From assembly GCA_021796295.1 (NCBI GenBank), contig JAJYIA010000003.1, forward strand, positions 1 through 35,421: DNA of 35,421 bases. The letters run 5' to 3'. A program made the translations under genes and the position numbers. Under the pieces are notes generated by a model that had not been told where the DNA came from, made no database searches, and was given only the letters and a program-made list of their open reading frames with translations. Positions 1-8,428 of this stretch are shown piece by piece. Source of the DNA: Candidatus Micrarchaeota archaeon (GTDB lineage: Archaea > Micrarchaeota > Micrarchaeia > Micrarchaeales > CABMGC01). Position 1 is the first letter of the stretch; each line of letters opens with the position of its first letter.

Positions 1-25
1 GATTATTTGCAATTACAACTTAAAC

Positions 26-48
26 ATAATCGTTAATTTAACGATTAT
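26..48. promoter_or_regulatory. Perfect 11-1-11 palindrome ATAATCGTTAA-T-TTAACGATTAT, candidate protein-binding site
   Basis: Exact inverted repeat in AT-rich non-coding DNA; regulated gene not visible. Confidence 0.35.
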
Positions 49-228
49 CAAACGTTCACAAACATATTGAATTCTCTCGTATTGGCTGCATAATCGCTAA
101 ATTCTATTCGGAGTTAAGGTTTATATGCTATAGTAAACAGCAGGGAATGCCGACAGATAAGTAGTACAGTAGCATACAGCTATATATCCCTCTGCCTGCA
201 TCTCTTACTGCAATGGTTTATCATGTTT

Positions 229-300
229 GGGCTCGTAGTCGAATGGTAAGACGCCTCCTTCACACGGAGGAAATCCGGAGTCCGATTCTCCGCGGGCCCA
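229..300 (+). tRNA. tRNA-Val (anticodon CAC)
   Basis: Cloverleaf: acceptor GGGCTCG/CGGGCCC-A, anticodon arm CCTCC-TT-CAC-AC-GGAGG (CAC at 261-263), T arm CGGAG-TCCGATT-CTCCG; no encoded CCA. Confidence 0.92.
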
Positions 301-320
301 TTTTAAGAAGATCTCACGTA

Positions 321-728
321 TTAGCATATGTGTATCTTCTTGCAGCAACAGTTATAGAATTTATGATACAGTGAAAAATACGACGACAAAACACAAGTTC
401 CTAAATTCCCGAATTTTTGGGCACTACAACATCTAAATCCCCTCACTCTGCTCCCTGTAAATGGGTGTCTTCCGTATGCAACCGGAAACTTCTTCCTTCT
501 TGCCATGTATCGCTTCTTGGCTGCCATAGCGTTCCTTGCCGCCGCTCCTGGCACTCCAATATTTTCGATTTTCTGACGTATCCCTTTGTAGAATATCCAT
601 AGATACAAGAATATAATTCCTCCGAAGACCAATATTCCTATCGTCAAAAACGTGAAGAAAATAAGCCCTACGATAATCGCCAACACTACGATTATCTTTA
701 TCTTGTCATTCCTGTGCAGTTCTGTCAT
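321..728 (-). CDS. Hypothetical membrane protein
   Basis: ATG ORF with long N-terminal hydrophobic stretch then basic segment; C-terminal part may be non-native. Confidence 0.5.
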   Translation of the reverse strand: MTELHRNDKIKIIVVLAIIVGLIFFTFLTIGILVFGGIIFLYLWIFYKGIRQKIENIGVPGAAARNAMAAKKRYMARRKKFPVAYGRHPFTGSRVRGFRCCSAQKFGNLGTCVLSSYFSLYHKFYNCCCKKIHIC

Positions 729-860
729 GATTTCTTAGCTTCGCAAGCCCTTATATTCATTTCTGTATTCAACTTCAGTTTAAACGTAGCCTCAATTTCA
801 ATTTCGCTCTCTCATATTGTTATTATTGAGATTCCTACTCCCTTCGTTCCTATACCTTCA

Positions 861-1844
861 CTATGACATCATCGGCAGTCTTTCTGCAAACATTAAACCA
901 TTCGTCATCTTGAATCTCTTTGCGTAACAGTTTATGCTTTTTCGTGGGCCATTATGCCACACCTTAAAACCTGCTGCCCTCAACCTCTTTTGAAGATTTA
1001 AGTAGCCATAGTGATACTCCAATATTATGCTTTCAAAGCTTCTAAGTGTCTTGTTCTTTGATTTTAGTATGATACCATATTCATACCCTTCACAATCTAA
1101 TTTCAGTACTGCGTCTCTAAGTTCCAATTTTTTAACTATATTATCAAGGGTTTCAATTTTGATGCGAGTTCCACGTTCGAAGTTTTTTAAGTTACTGCCT
1201 CCTGTACTACTATATTTTGGATCTAAAATTATATTGCCATTTCGTCCTCCACAAGCTTCATTATAAACAGTAATTTTCTCTTTCAAATTATTTAATCCTA
1301 TATTCCTTTTTGCTAATCTATACGAATAAGGATACGGTTCGAAACAATAGACATGATAAGCGTCTTTTAATGCAAAATAAATTCCTGTATCGCCAATATG
1401 CGCTCCAATATCCAAAACGACTTTGTTATTTACTTCTAACCATCCATATTCATTTTTTAAAAATGTGGATTTAATTGCAGAGATAGCTCCGAGCAGTTGC
1501 TCCTCTTTTTTGTAATAAAAATTAATATACCGGCCACCACAGTTAAATGTTACTCTGTTTTTCCCTATCTTGATAGGAACTTTAAGTGATTTAATAAGGT
1601 CTTTCTGTACTTCTCCATGCTCAAAGATTGTAAGCAAATCATTTAATTTTGTAATCTTAGTTTCATATCCGCTCCTGAATTTGAGTGTGAACTGATTTTT
1701 ACATCCTCCAAAATAAAAAATAAGGACATCATACCAATTCTGCACTACAGAAAAGAATTGCGGTGCATCTTCAGTTAGTCTAGCTATTGAAGTCACCTTA
1801 TCAAAAGTAGTTATGTTTTTAGCTACATTAGGTAATCTTTCCAT
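861..1844 (-). CDS. FkbM-family SAM-dependent methyltransferase
   Basis: VVLDIGAHIG, YCFEP, VLKLDCEGYEY and ILEYH motifs; AT-rich codon usage. Confidence 0.9.
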   Translation of the reverse strand: MERLPNVAKNITTFDKVTSIARLTEDAPQFFSVVQNWYDVLIFYFGGCKNQFTLKFRSGYETKITKLNDLLTIFEHGEVQKDLIKSLKVPIKIGKNRVTFNCGGRYINFYYKKEEQLLGAISAIKSTFLKNEYGWLEVNNKVVLDIGAHIGDTGIYFALKDAYHVYCFEPYPYSYRLAKRNIGLNNLKEKITVYNEACGGRNGNIILDPKYSSTGGSNLKNFERGTRIKIETLDNIVKKLELRDAVLKLDCEGYEYGIILKSKNKTLRSFESIILEYHYGYLNLQKRLRAAGFKVWHNGPRKSINCYAKRFKMTNGLMFAERLPMMS

Positions 1845-1882
1845 ACCCTGTATATTAAAAGAATAGTTTTATATTCACATCT

Positions 1883-2200
1883 TTAATCTTTAATTCCGAG
1901 TGCCTCCTTTAAATTGTGCCAAAATCCATTTCTCTTGACTCTTGGGTGTTCTCCCCCTCTTTTTATGTCCTCAGCAAGCTCTGCCTCTGCCTTCCTCACC
2001 TTCTCTCCTTCTACTTCTCGTTTCACTCTCCTTTCTTGGTCTTTTTGCAATTCATTTCTTATTCTGTCCAGCTCTTCCTTATTTTCCTTATCTTCTATTT
2101 TCCTTCTATTAAAACCGAATCCGGTGTCTATATAAATTCTGGGAGGATAATAGCTACTGAAAATCGGGGTTCGAATGCAACAAAATACGTTTAATCGGGG
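1883..2200 (-). pseudogene. Startless reading frame for a charged coiled-coil C-terminal fragment
   Basis: Stop-to-stop open frame without ATG: ...IDTGFGFNRRKIEDKENKEELDRIRNELQKDQERRVKREVEGEKVRKAEAELAEDIKRGGEHPRVKRNGFWHNLKEALGIKD*; purine-rich coding-like bias. Confidence 0.45.
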
Positions 2201-2290
2201 TTACTATGGCTAAGACAAATACGCAACGAAATTCGTTGGTTTCTGCTTCGGGTTTAGAAATTCACCATTTTAAAAAATGCCTGCCCAATA

Positions 2291-2322
2291 AGCAAAAGGT
2301 TTAAATAAACATATTGTTTATT
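2291..2322 (+). promoter_or_regulatory. BRE/TATA promoter of abiEi with overlapping 8-3-8 inverted repeat (candidate operator)
   Basis: AAAAGG-TTTAAATA (TATA 2300-2307) about 24 nt before ATG 2331; AATAAACA-TAT-TGTTTATT at 2304-2322. Confidence 0.6.
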
Positions 2323-2330
2323 ATCTACTT

Positions 2331-2936
2331 ATGGATAACAGAACAGAAAGGCTGGTGAGAGCGATCCAGAATTCACCAGAAGGCATCGCCGCGCTTGAAA
2401 CACTGGAGGGCCTACGCCTTTGCGATAAATTTACCCTGAGGACAACGCTGAGCAGGCTAAGCAAGTCTGGCAGGATCATTCGCCTGAAGCGTGGGGTATA
2501 CTCGGAGAATCCGATTAGAGACGCGTTCACAGCTGCGCAGTACACATACGGCGGATACCTTGGCTTTTCCAGCGCTTTATATTTGCACAAACTGATCACC
2601 GAACTCCCATTCACTATAACCGTAGTAACACCGCACAAGTCCGCATCAAAAACCATCGGAGCATATGAACTAAGGGCCGTCGCCATGAAAGAAAAGGCCA
2701 TCGGATTCGAAAATGTCGGGACCCTGACGGTTTCAACCAGAGCAAAGACTATATTCGACTGCATTTATCTTGAAAAGTATTCAATCGCGAAGGATAAACT
2801 TATCGAGGCTTATAGGGATGCGCCGCTAAATGCCCGAGAACTGAAGGAGTTCGATTCATATGTGAAACGTTTCATTCCAAGTAGAATGCGCAATAAGTTT
2901 GTCGAAGTAAAGAAAGAGATGGAAGAAGAGGGTTGA
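2331..2936 (+). CDS. AbiEi-family type IV TA antitoxin / wHTH transcriptional regulator
   Basis: TLSRLSKSGRIIRLKRGVY wHTH, GYLGFSSALYLHKLITE, KTIFDC; coupled to AbiEii gene. Confidence 0.88.
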   Translation: MDNRTERLVRAIQNSPEGIAALETLEGLRLCDKFTLRTTLSRLSKSGRIIRLKRGVYSENPIRDAFTAAQYTYGGYLGFSSALYLHKLITELPFTITVVTPHKSASKTIGAYELRAVAMKEKAIGFENVGTLTVSTRAKTIFDCIYLEKYSIAKDKLIEAYRDAPLNARELKEFDSYVKRFIPSRMRNKFVEVKKEMEEEG

Positions 2937-3733
2937 ATTCTATGGAACTGGACTTAGAAATATGCAGGGCGATCGCTATCCGCTACGGACTCCCCCTTCA
3001 ATTCGTATTCAAAGAGTTTCATCTTATGGATGTGATGTCACAAATAGCTGCACTTACGATTTCAGAACCAAACAATTTGGTATTCAAGGGCGGCACGGCT
3101 CTGAATAAAGTATACCTCCAAAAAACGCAGAGGTTCTCAGAGGATGCGGACTTTGATTTGGTGACTGAAAATGCTAAAAAAGAGCTACGTTTATTTAGCG
3201 AGAAACTTGCGGGCGGACTCAAAGATTACAGAATCAGAGAGTTCAGAATGGTGCGTTCTACAGTACAGTTTTATTGCGTATATGAAACACCCATGGGGGG
3301 CACTGATCACGTCAGAATCGACATCGCGCCCAAAAAGCTCCTCACAGCAAACCCATTGGAAAATCGCCAGATAGTTTCTGAATTCGCCCACGCATCCATA
3401 AGTGGCATTAGGATATATTCGATAGAAGATCTTACCGCTCGCAAGCTGAATGCGCTTGCAGCACGTGCGGAGGGCAAGGACCTGTATGACGTCTATATGG
3501 CATTGCCAATGTGCTCCAAGCATGTGCTAAAGGCCGCGATAGGGTTAATGCTGGAATCGGAAGGCATTGACGAGGCGGTAGATGTGTTCATACAGAAAGC
3601 AGCCATCCGCCTCAAAAAGAGCGATCCAAACAAAATGGGCAATCTTACAAATCCCTTCATTCCAGCAGCAAACAGACCAAAGAGTTGGGAGGAGCTGAAA
3701 AATGATCTATCAGCAAAGCTTGAAGATCTATAG
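2933..3733 (+). CDS. AbiEii/AbiGii-family nucleotidyltransferase toxin
   Basis: LVFKGGTAL, RFSEDADF, KLNALAARAEGKDLYD motifs; start may be ATG 2942. Confidence 0.9.
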   Translation: MNSMELDLEICRAIAIRYGLPLQFVFKEFHLMDVMSQIAALTISEPNNLVFKGGTALNKVYLQKTQRFSEDADFDLVTENAKKELRLFSEKLAGGLKDYRIREFRMVRSTVQFYCVYETPMGGTDHVRIDIAPKKLLTANPLENRQIVSEFAHASISGIRIYSIEDLTARKLNALAARAEGKDLYDVYMALPMCSKHVLKAAIGLMLESEGIDEAVDVFIQKAAIRLKKSDPNKMGNLTNPFIPAANRPKSWEELKNDLSAKLEDL

Positions 3734-3808
3734 TCAATGACATAAATAATGACCTATATCTAAGCTAAACTTCTTGGTCATGTAGTATTTCGTAACGGCC
3801 TTCTTGAC
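3734..3808 (-). pseudogene. Extreme C-terminus of an IS630-like transposase
   Basis: VKKAVTKYYMTKKFSLDIGHYLCH* runs into the TIR; resembles archaeal IS630 C-termini (recognition, not searched). Confidence 0.5.
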
Positions 3809-3811
3809 AAA

Positions 3812-4135
3812 GTGCTGAGGACGTATCCAGATATAAGAGAGATTTGGATTTATCTCGACAACGGACCAGTACATAGGTCGAGACGCGTGAAACTGTGGTT
3901 GGCGCTACACCCAAAATTGAAATTCCGGTGGCTGCCGCCATATTCGCCTGACTTGAACCCACAGGAGTTGGAATGGGGTCACGATAGACGGAAATTCCTG
4001 AACAACCACGAGTTTGTCAATGGGAAACAACTCGCAATGAAATTGAGTTGGTTTGTACGCCGATTAGAACCAAAGGCTGTCAGAAGCGTTTGTTCGCTGA
4101 TTCCGATAGAAGCGCTCTTAAGCTTTCAGGTCTAA
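3812..4135 (+). pseudogene. IS630-family DDE transposase, C-terminal fragment
   Basis: IYLDNGPVH and WLPPYSPDLNPQELEW motifs; N-terminal HTH and first Asp missing. Confidence 0.88.
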
Positions 4136-4224
4136 TTACTTTTGTGGTTGGCTATAAGGTGCTAGAATGAAGCTAGAAAAACGAAGACAAGAGGGCAAAG
4201 ACGCTAGCCTTACATGCTTGAGAT

Positions 4225-4248
4225 CGGAGTCCGACTCTCCGAGGCCCA
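4225..4248 (+). repeat. attR-like degenerate copy of tRNA-Val 3' end
   Basis: CGGAGTCCGACTCTCCGAGGCCCA vs CGGAGTCCGATTCTCCGCGGGCCCA (276-300). Confidence 0.75.
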
Positions 4249-4338
4249 TGTCTAAAGTTTTTCACGAAGTATAGTTGAAAAAGAATATATGAGTTACTTT
4301 TGCTGGCTTAATACCACTTGGTAAATGTAAGGATTTTT

Positions 4339-5064
4339 ATGAAAATATCTGCGAAGGAGCTGGGCGTACTTGATATGGAAGGATTCTGCCCTAGATGCTT
4401 CTGGATAAAGAGGCACGACAGAAAGCTGCCTTACCAGACGCCGTTTGCAGGCATATTCTCATCGATAGACGCATTCACGAAAAATGTGGTGGAAAGGTAC
4501 TTTGAGAGGACAGGAAAGCTGCCGGTATGGCTTGAAAGTGTTGGGCAGGTGGAAAGGCTGATTCCCGTAAAGATAAATGAATTTGTAGCCGAGAAAGACG
4601 GCGTAGCGCTGAATGGCATGCCTGACCTGCTCTTCCAGAGACCAGACAAAAGCTACGGGCTGCTTGATTATAAGACGGCAAGATATACTGGTACCCAGGA
4701 CGCCCTTATGCCCATATATGAGGTGCAGCTAAACGGCTATGCCTACATCGCCGAAGCCATAGGCATGAAGCTGCTCAACGACCTTTATCTAGTATACTTT
4801 GAGCCTCCGAAGAGGGAGGCATTTGACAAGGAATCAGCTCTGCACACCCGCAATGAAGGCTTTGAAATGCCGTTCAGACCCGTTGTGCACAAGCTGAGGA
4901 AGAATACTAGACATATAGAGGAGCTGCTTAAGAAGGCAGAGGCTGTCTACAGTGAGGAGAAGGTGCCTGCAGGCATCCCAAACTGTGAGGAGTGCGCAAG
5001 GCTCGACACGCTGCTGAAACTGGTTTATGGTGATAGCATCATTCCTGAGCGCAAAGGCATATAA
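4339..5064 (+). CDS. PD-(D/E)XK (RecB/Cas4-like) nuclease
   Basis: GMPDLL...LLDYKT...QLNGYA nuclease motifs; CPRC near N-terminus, CEEC near C-terminus; ATG 4339 preferred over TTG 4318. Confidence 0.8.
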   Translation: MKISAKELGVLDMEGFCPRCFWIKRHDRKLPYQTPFAGIFSSIDAFTKNVVERYFERTGKLPVWLESVGQVERLIPVKINEFVAEKDGVALNGMPDLLFQRPDKSYGLLDYKTARYTGTQDALMPIYEVQLNGYAYIAEAIGMKLLNDLYLVYFEPPKREAFDKESALHTRNEGFEMPFRPVVHKLRKNTRHIEELLKKAEAVYSEEKVPAGIPNCEECARLDTLLKLVYGDSIIPERKGI

Positions 5065-5118
5065 ACCGTCATTGAGATAGTAATCTAGCACTTTGCTCAA
5101 ACTTAGACGGTGTGTTTT

Positions 5119-5682
5119 ATGGATCTCATATATATCTATGGACCTCCGGGTGTAGGCAAGTACACAGTGGCTAAAGAGCTGTCAAGGCTTACAGGATACA
5201 GGCTTTTCCACAATCAGCTCAGCATAGAGTTTGTGAGGTCCGTATTTGAATTCGGGAGCGAGCCCTTTAACAGGCTTGTCCTTGGTTTCAGGGCCGAGGT
5301 TATAGAGGAAGCTGCAAGGAGCGGGATGTCCCTTATATTTACATCTGCTTATGCGAAAGGCGTCAATGATAGCATAATAAAGGACATAATGGACAGGGTC
5401 GAGTCGAATGGAGGCAGGTTCTGCCCTGTGCAGCTGCATTGCGAAGAGCACGAGCTCATGAGGCGCGTGGAGCTGCCGTCGAGGAACGATTTTTACAAGA
5501 TAAGGAAGCGCGGCGACCTTGATGCGCTTCTCAAAAAGTACAACCATACGTCAGCACTTCAGTTTGTTAAAAGCCTTTACATAGACAACACATCAGTGGC
5601 TCCGGCCGCTGCGGCTATGGCGATCATGGAGCATTACGGCATTCCGGCTGCAGAGACTCTGGCACAGACTTCAGGGCAATGA
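5119..5682 (+). CDS. P-loop kinase / AAA-family ATPase (shikimate/nucleoside kinase-like)
   Basis: LIYIYGPPGVGKYT Walker A, ELMRRV lid region, IDNT. Confidence 0.8.
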   Translation: MDLIYIYGPPGVGKYTVAKELSRLTGYRLFHNQLSIEFVRSVFEFGSEPFNRLVLGFRAEVIEEAARSGMSLIFTSAYAKGVNDSIIKDIMDRVESNGGRFCPVQLHCEEHELMRRVELPSRNDFYKIRKRGDLDALLKKYNHTSALQFVKSLYIDNTSVAPAAAAMAIMEHYGIPAAETLAQTSGQ

Positions 5683-5727
5683 TACCTGCGCATTCTGCTT
5701 TTTATACTTTGGCAGAGAAAGGAGTTC

Positions 5728-8118
5728 ATGGAAGCTGAGGACTTTGGGAAGCTAGGCATCAGGGAAGCACTCAGCAAGCTTCATGCGGGCACAGGCGGGC
5801 TTTCAGACAGGGAGGCACGTGAGCGCCTTGCAAGATTCGGATACAATGAAGTAATAAGGAAAAGGGAGAACAGGGCCCTTCTTCTGCTGAAAAAATTCTA
5901 CGGGCCTGTGCAGCTGCTCATAATTCTCGTTGCGGCGTTGTCCTATGTGCAGGGACATATGGCGGATTTTTATATAGTCGTGGCGCTCCTTTTTGTGAAT
6001 GTATTTGTAAGCTTTGCTGAGGAATATAGGGCAGATAGGGCGATAGAGGCGCTAAGGAAGAGGCTTAGCGGCAGGCCCAGGGTGCTCAGGTCAGGCAGCT
6101 GGAAAAGCCTTGAGACGAGAGAGCTTGTGCCGGGCGACATAATACGTTTAAGGGCAGGCGACATTGTGCCTGCGGACTGCAAGGCCCTGCGCTGCGAGGT
6201 CCTTGAGGCTGACGAATCGGCCATAACAGGGGAGTCGCTGCCGATAGTTAAGGAGCAGAACAGCATACTCTACGAGGGCTCAAGCATAAAAAGGGGCGAG
6301 GCCACATGTGTTGTCTTCGGCACAGGCCCTGATACAACCTACGGAAGGATAGAGAAGCTCGTTTCAGAGGCAAAGCCTAAGTCGCACCTCCAGGAAATTA
6401 TACTCCGCATAGTCAGGTATCTGGTCGTTGCAGATGCAGTGGTTATAGTGCTTATGCTTGCATACGGCATGCTTTACCTGCACGAAACTGCGCTGGCAAT
6501 GCTCCCTCTGCTGCTGGTAGTCTTCATAGCAAGCGTGCCTGTGGCTCTTGCACCAGCCTTCACAGTGTCTATGGCGCTAGGCATAGAAAGGCTCTTGAGG
6601 AAATCGATACTCGTGAGCAGGATGGACAGCATGGAGGATACTGCCACCATGGATGTGCTTTGCGTAGATAAGACAGGAACGCTCACGCAGAACAGGATAA
6701 ACGTGGAAGAGGCGAAGCCTCTGGCATGCAGCGAAGCCGAACTGCTTAGGTACGCGGCCGAAGCCTCGAGGAAGGAAGATAATGACCCTATAGACAACGC
6801 TGTGCTTGACTATGCAGCAGCGAAGAAAGTAAGGCGTTGCAGGCAGCTAGAGTTTACGCCTTTTGACCCTTCGACAAAGAGGACGGAGGCCATTATAGAG
6901 GATGGACTGTCAAGATACAGGGTCGTGAAGGGCTCTGTCAAGGTCGTATCGGCAATGTGCAGCGCTGAGAAGGCAATTAGGAAAGAGCTTGAGAAGACAA
7001 CCTCGATCTTCGCGTCCAAGGGCCTCAGGAGCATTGTTGTGGCAAAAGGCAGCGTATCAGGCAGGCTGAAGCTCATGGGCATCATAGCACTATATGATGC
7101 GCCGAGAAAAGATGCAGCTGCGCTTATAGGTGAATTGAAGGGGATGGGCGTTGCGATTAAGATGCTTACTGGGGACAACGAGCAGACTGCCGAGAACATA
7201 GCAGGCAAGTTAGGCATTGGAAATCATATCATTGACGTGAAAAAAGCAAGCGAAAGAGAGATATACAGGAAAATAGACAGTTCTGACGGATTTGCCGACA
7301 TATACCCTGAAGACAAATATTTAATAGTCAAGGCTCTGCAGAAGGAAGGCCATACTACTGGCATGACAGGCGACGGAATAAACGATGCGCCTGCGCTTAA
7401 GCAGGCAGAGGTGGGCATTGCCGTAGAGAGCGCTACAGACATAGCGAAAAGCTCAGCCTCGCTTGTACTGACAAAAAACGGCATAGAGGTAATAATCGAG
7501 GCGGTAAAAGAGAGCAGGAGAATCTTTGAGAGAATGACTATATATACAATGGCAAAGGTATCGAAGGCCATACAGATCATAGCCTTTGTGGGCATACTCT
7601 TCGTGCTGCTTAAAGGGGCCTTCCCGATCACGCCCTTCCTGCTTATACTGCTCATATTTACGAATGACATAGTGAATATTTCAATATCTACAGACACTGT
7701 GAGCTATTCGAAAAAACCCGACATATGGAATGTGAAGGGTATAGTCTACACCTCTGCGGTGATAGGCATGCTTATGCTTATACAGACGCTGCTTCTGGTA
7801 GGCATAGTGAAGTGGAGCCTTGGCGCCGGCCTTGCCGAGATGCAGACGGCCGCCTTCCTCTTCCTTAATGTCTCTGACAAGTTCACCGTACTTAATATAC
7901 GCGAGAAAAGGCCGTTCTGGAAATCAAGACCAAGCAACGCACTCATAATATCTGCGGTTGCAGGCATACTTGTAGGGGTCATCTTATCATATTACGGCAT
8001 ATTCATAGCAAGGATAGGTCTTCTTTCGATAGCTGCTGTCTTCGGCATAGCTGTAGCGTCGCTCTTCGTGAACGACGCAGCAAAGCTGCTGCTCTTCAAA
8101 CACTTTGAAATTGGGTAA
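5728..8118 (+). CDS. P-type H+-exporting ATPase (P3A)
   Basis: TGES, DKTGTLT, TGDN, GDGINDAPAL; TM4 VPVALAPAFTVSMALG and TM6 IFTND typical of P3A proton pumps. Confidence 0.88.
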   Translation: MEAEDFGKLGIREALSKLHAGTGGLSDREARERLARFGYNEVIRKRENRALLLLKKFYGPVQLLIILVAALSYVQGHMADFYIVVALLFVNVFVSFAEEYRADRAIEALRKRLSGRPRVLRSGSWKSLETRELVPGDIIRLRAGDIVPADCKALRCEVLEADESAITGESLPIVKEQNSILYEGSSIKRGEATCVVFGTGPDTTYGRIEKLVSEAKPKSHLQEIILRIVRYLVVADAVVIVLMLAYGMLYLHETALAMLPLLLVVFIASVPVALAPAFTVSMALGIERLLRKSILVSRMDSMEDTATMDVLCVDKTGTLTQNRINVEEAKPLACSEAELLRYAAEASRKEDNDPIDNAVLDYAAAKKVRRCRQLEFTPFDPSTKRTEAIIEDGLSRYRVVKGSVKVVSAMCSAEKAIRKELEKTTSIFASKGLRSIVVAKGSVSGRLKLMGIIALYDAPRKDAAALIGELKGMGVAIKMLTGDNEQTAENIAGKLGIGNHIIDVKKASEREIYRKIDSSDGFADIYPEDKYLIVKALQKEGHTTGMTGDGINDAPALKQAEVGIAVESATDIAKSSASLVLTKNGIEVIIEAVKESRRIFERMTIYTMAKVSKAIQIIAFVGILFVLLKGAFPITPFLLILLIFTNDIVNISISTDTVSYSKKPDIWNVKGIVYTSAVIGMLMLIQTLLLVGIVKWSLGAGLAEMQTAAFLFLNVSDKFTVLNIREKRPFWKSRPSNALIISAVAGILVGVILSYYGIFIARIGLLSIAAVFGIAVASLFVNDAAKLLLFKHFEIG

Positions 8119-8428
8119 GGGATAAGATGCTGATGTGCCCTAAAGTCCATAACATACGCAAAACTGCAAGAACATTTATTGTAGGCAACAGAAAAGTAGG
8201 CAAGGAACTCGAGAACAGCCTTGATTATTACCTCTCCGCATTTGATACACTGCTTAGGCTTAGGGTCCCTGCAGGTTATGGGTTTTAAGGCAGTGCTGCA
8301 AAAAAGGAGATGTATGCGCATGCAAAGGCCCTCTTGCCAAAATGTTCGGAAATCGTCTCTGCGTGCAAAGAAACGATAAATAGGGCAATGCATAAAAGAT
8401 AGGAATGAGAATATATTGTGGAGATTGA

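Larger units (their letters stand above)
3729..4156. mobile_element. Non-autonomous chimeric IS630-family remnant with imperfect TIRs and TA ends
   Basis: Left TATAGTCAATGACATAAATAATGA vs right (rc) TATAGCCAACCACAAAAGTAATTA, 18/24 identical; contains two transposase 3' fragments. Confidence 0.7.
276..4248. mobile_element. Degenerate genomic island integrated at tRNA-Val 3' end
   Basis: tRNA 3' end (276-300) recurs imperfectly at 4225-4248; interval is partly AT-rich and holds TA, FkbM and IS remnants; no integrase. Confidence 0.7.

Noticed and set aside
4339-5064. CRISPR-Cas system suggested by the Cas4-like gene
   Set aside because: No repeat-spacer array or other cas genes seen in the window
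7992-8400. Cys-rich frames between the ATPase and MBL genes (CIKC...CSC on -, CCKKGDVCAC on +)
   Set aside because: The minus ORF overlaps the ATPase end and the plus frame has no start codon; may be a decayed gene but cannot be supported
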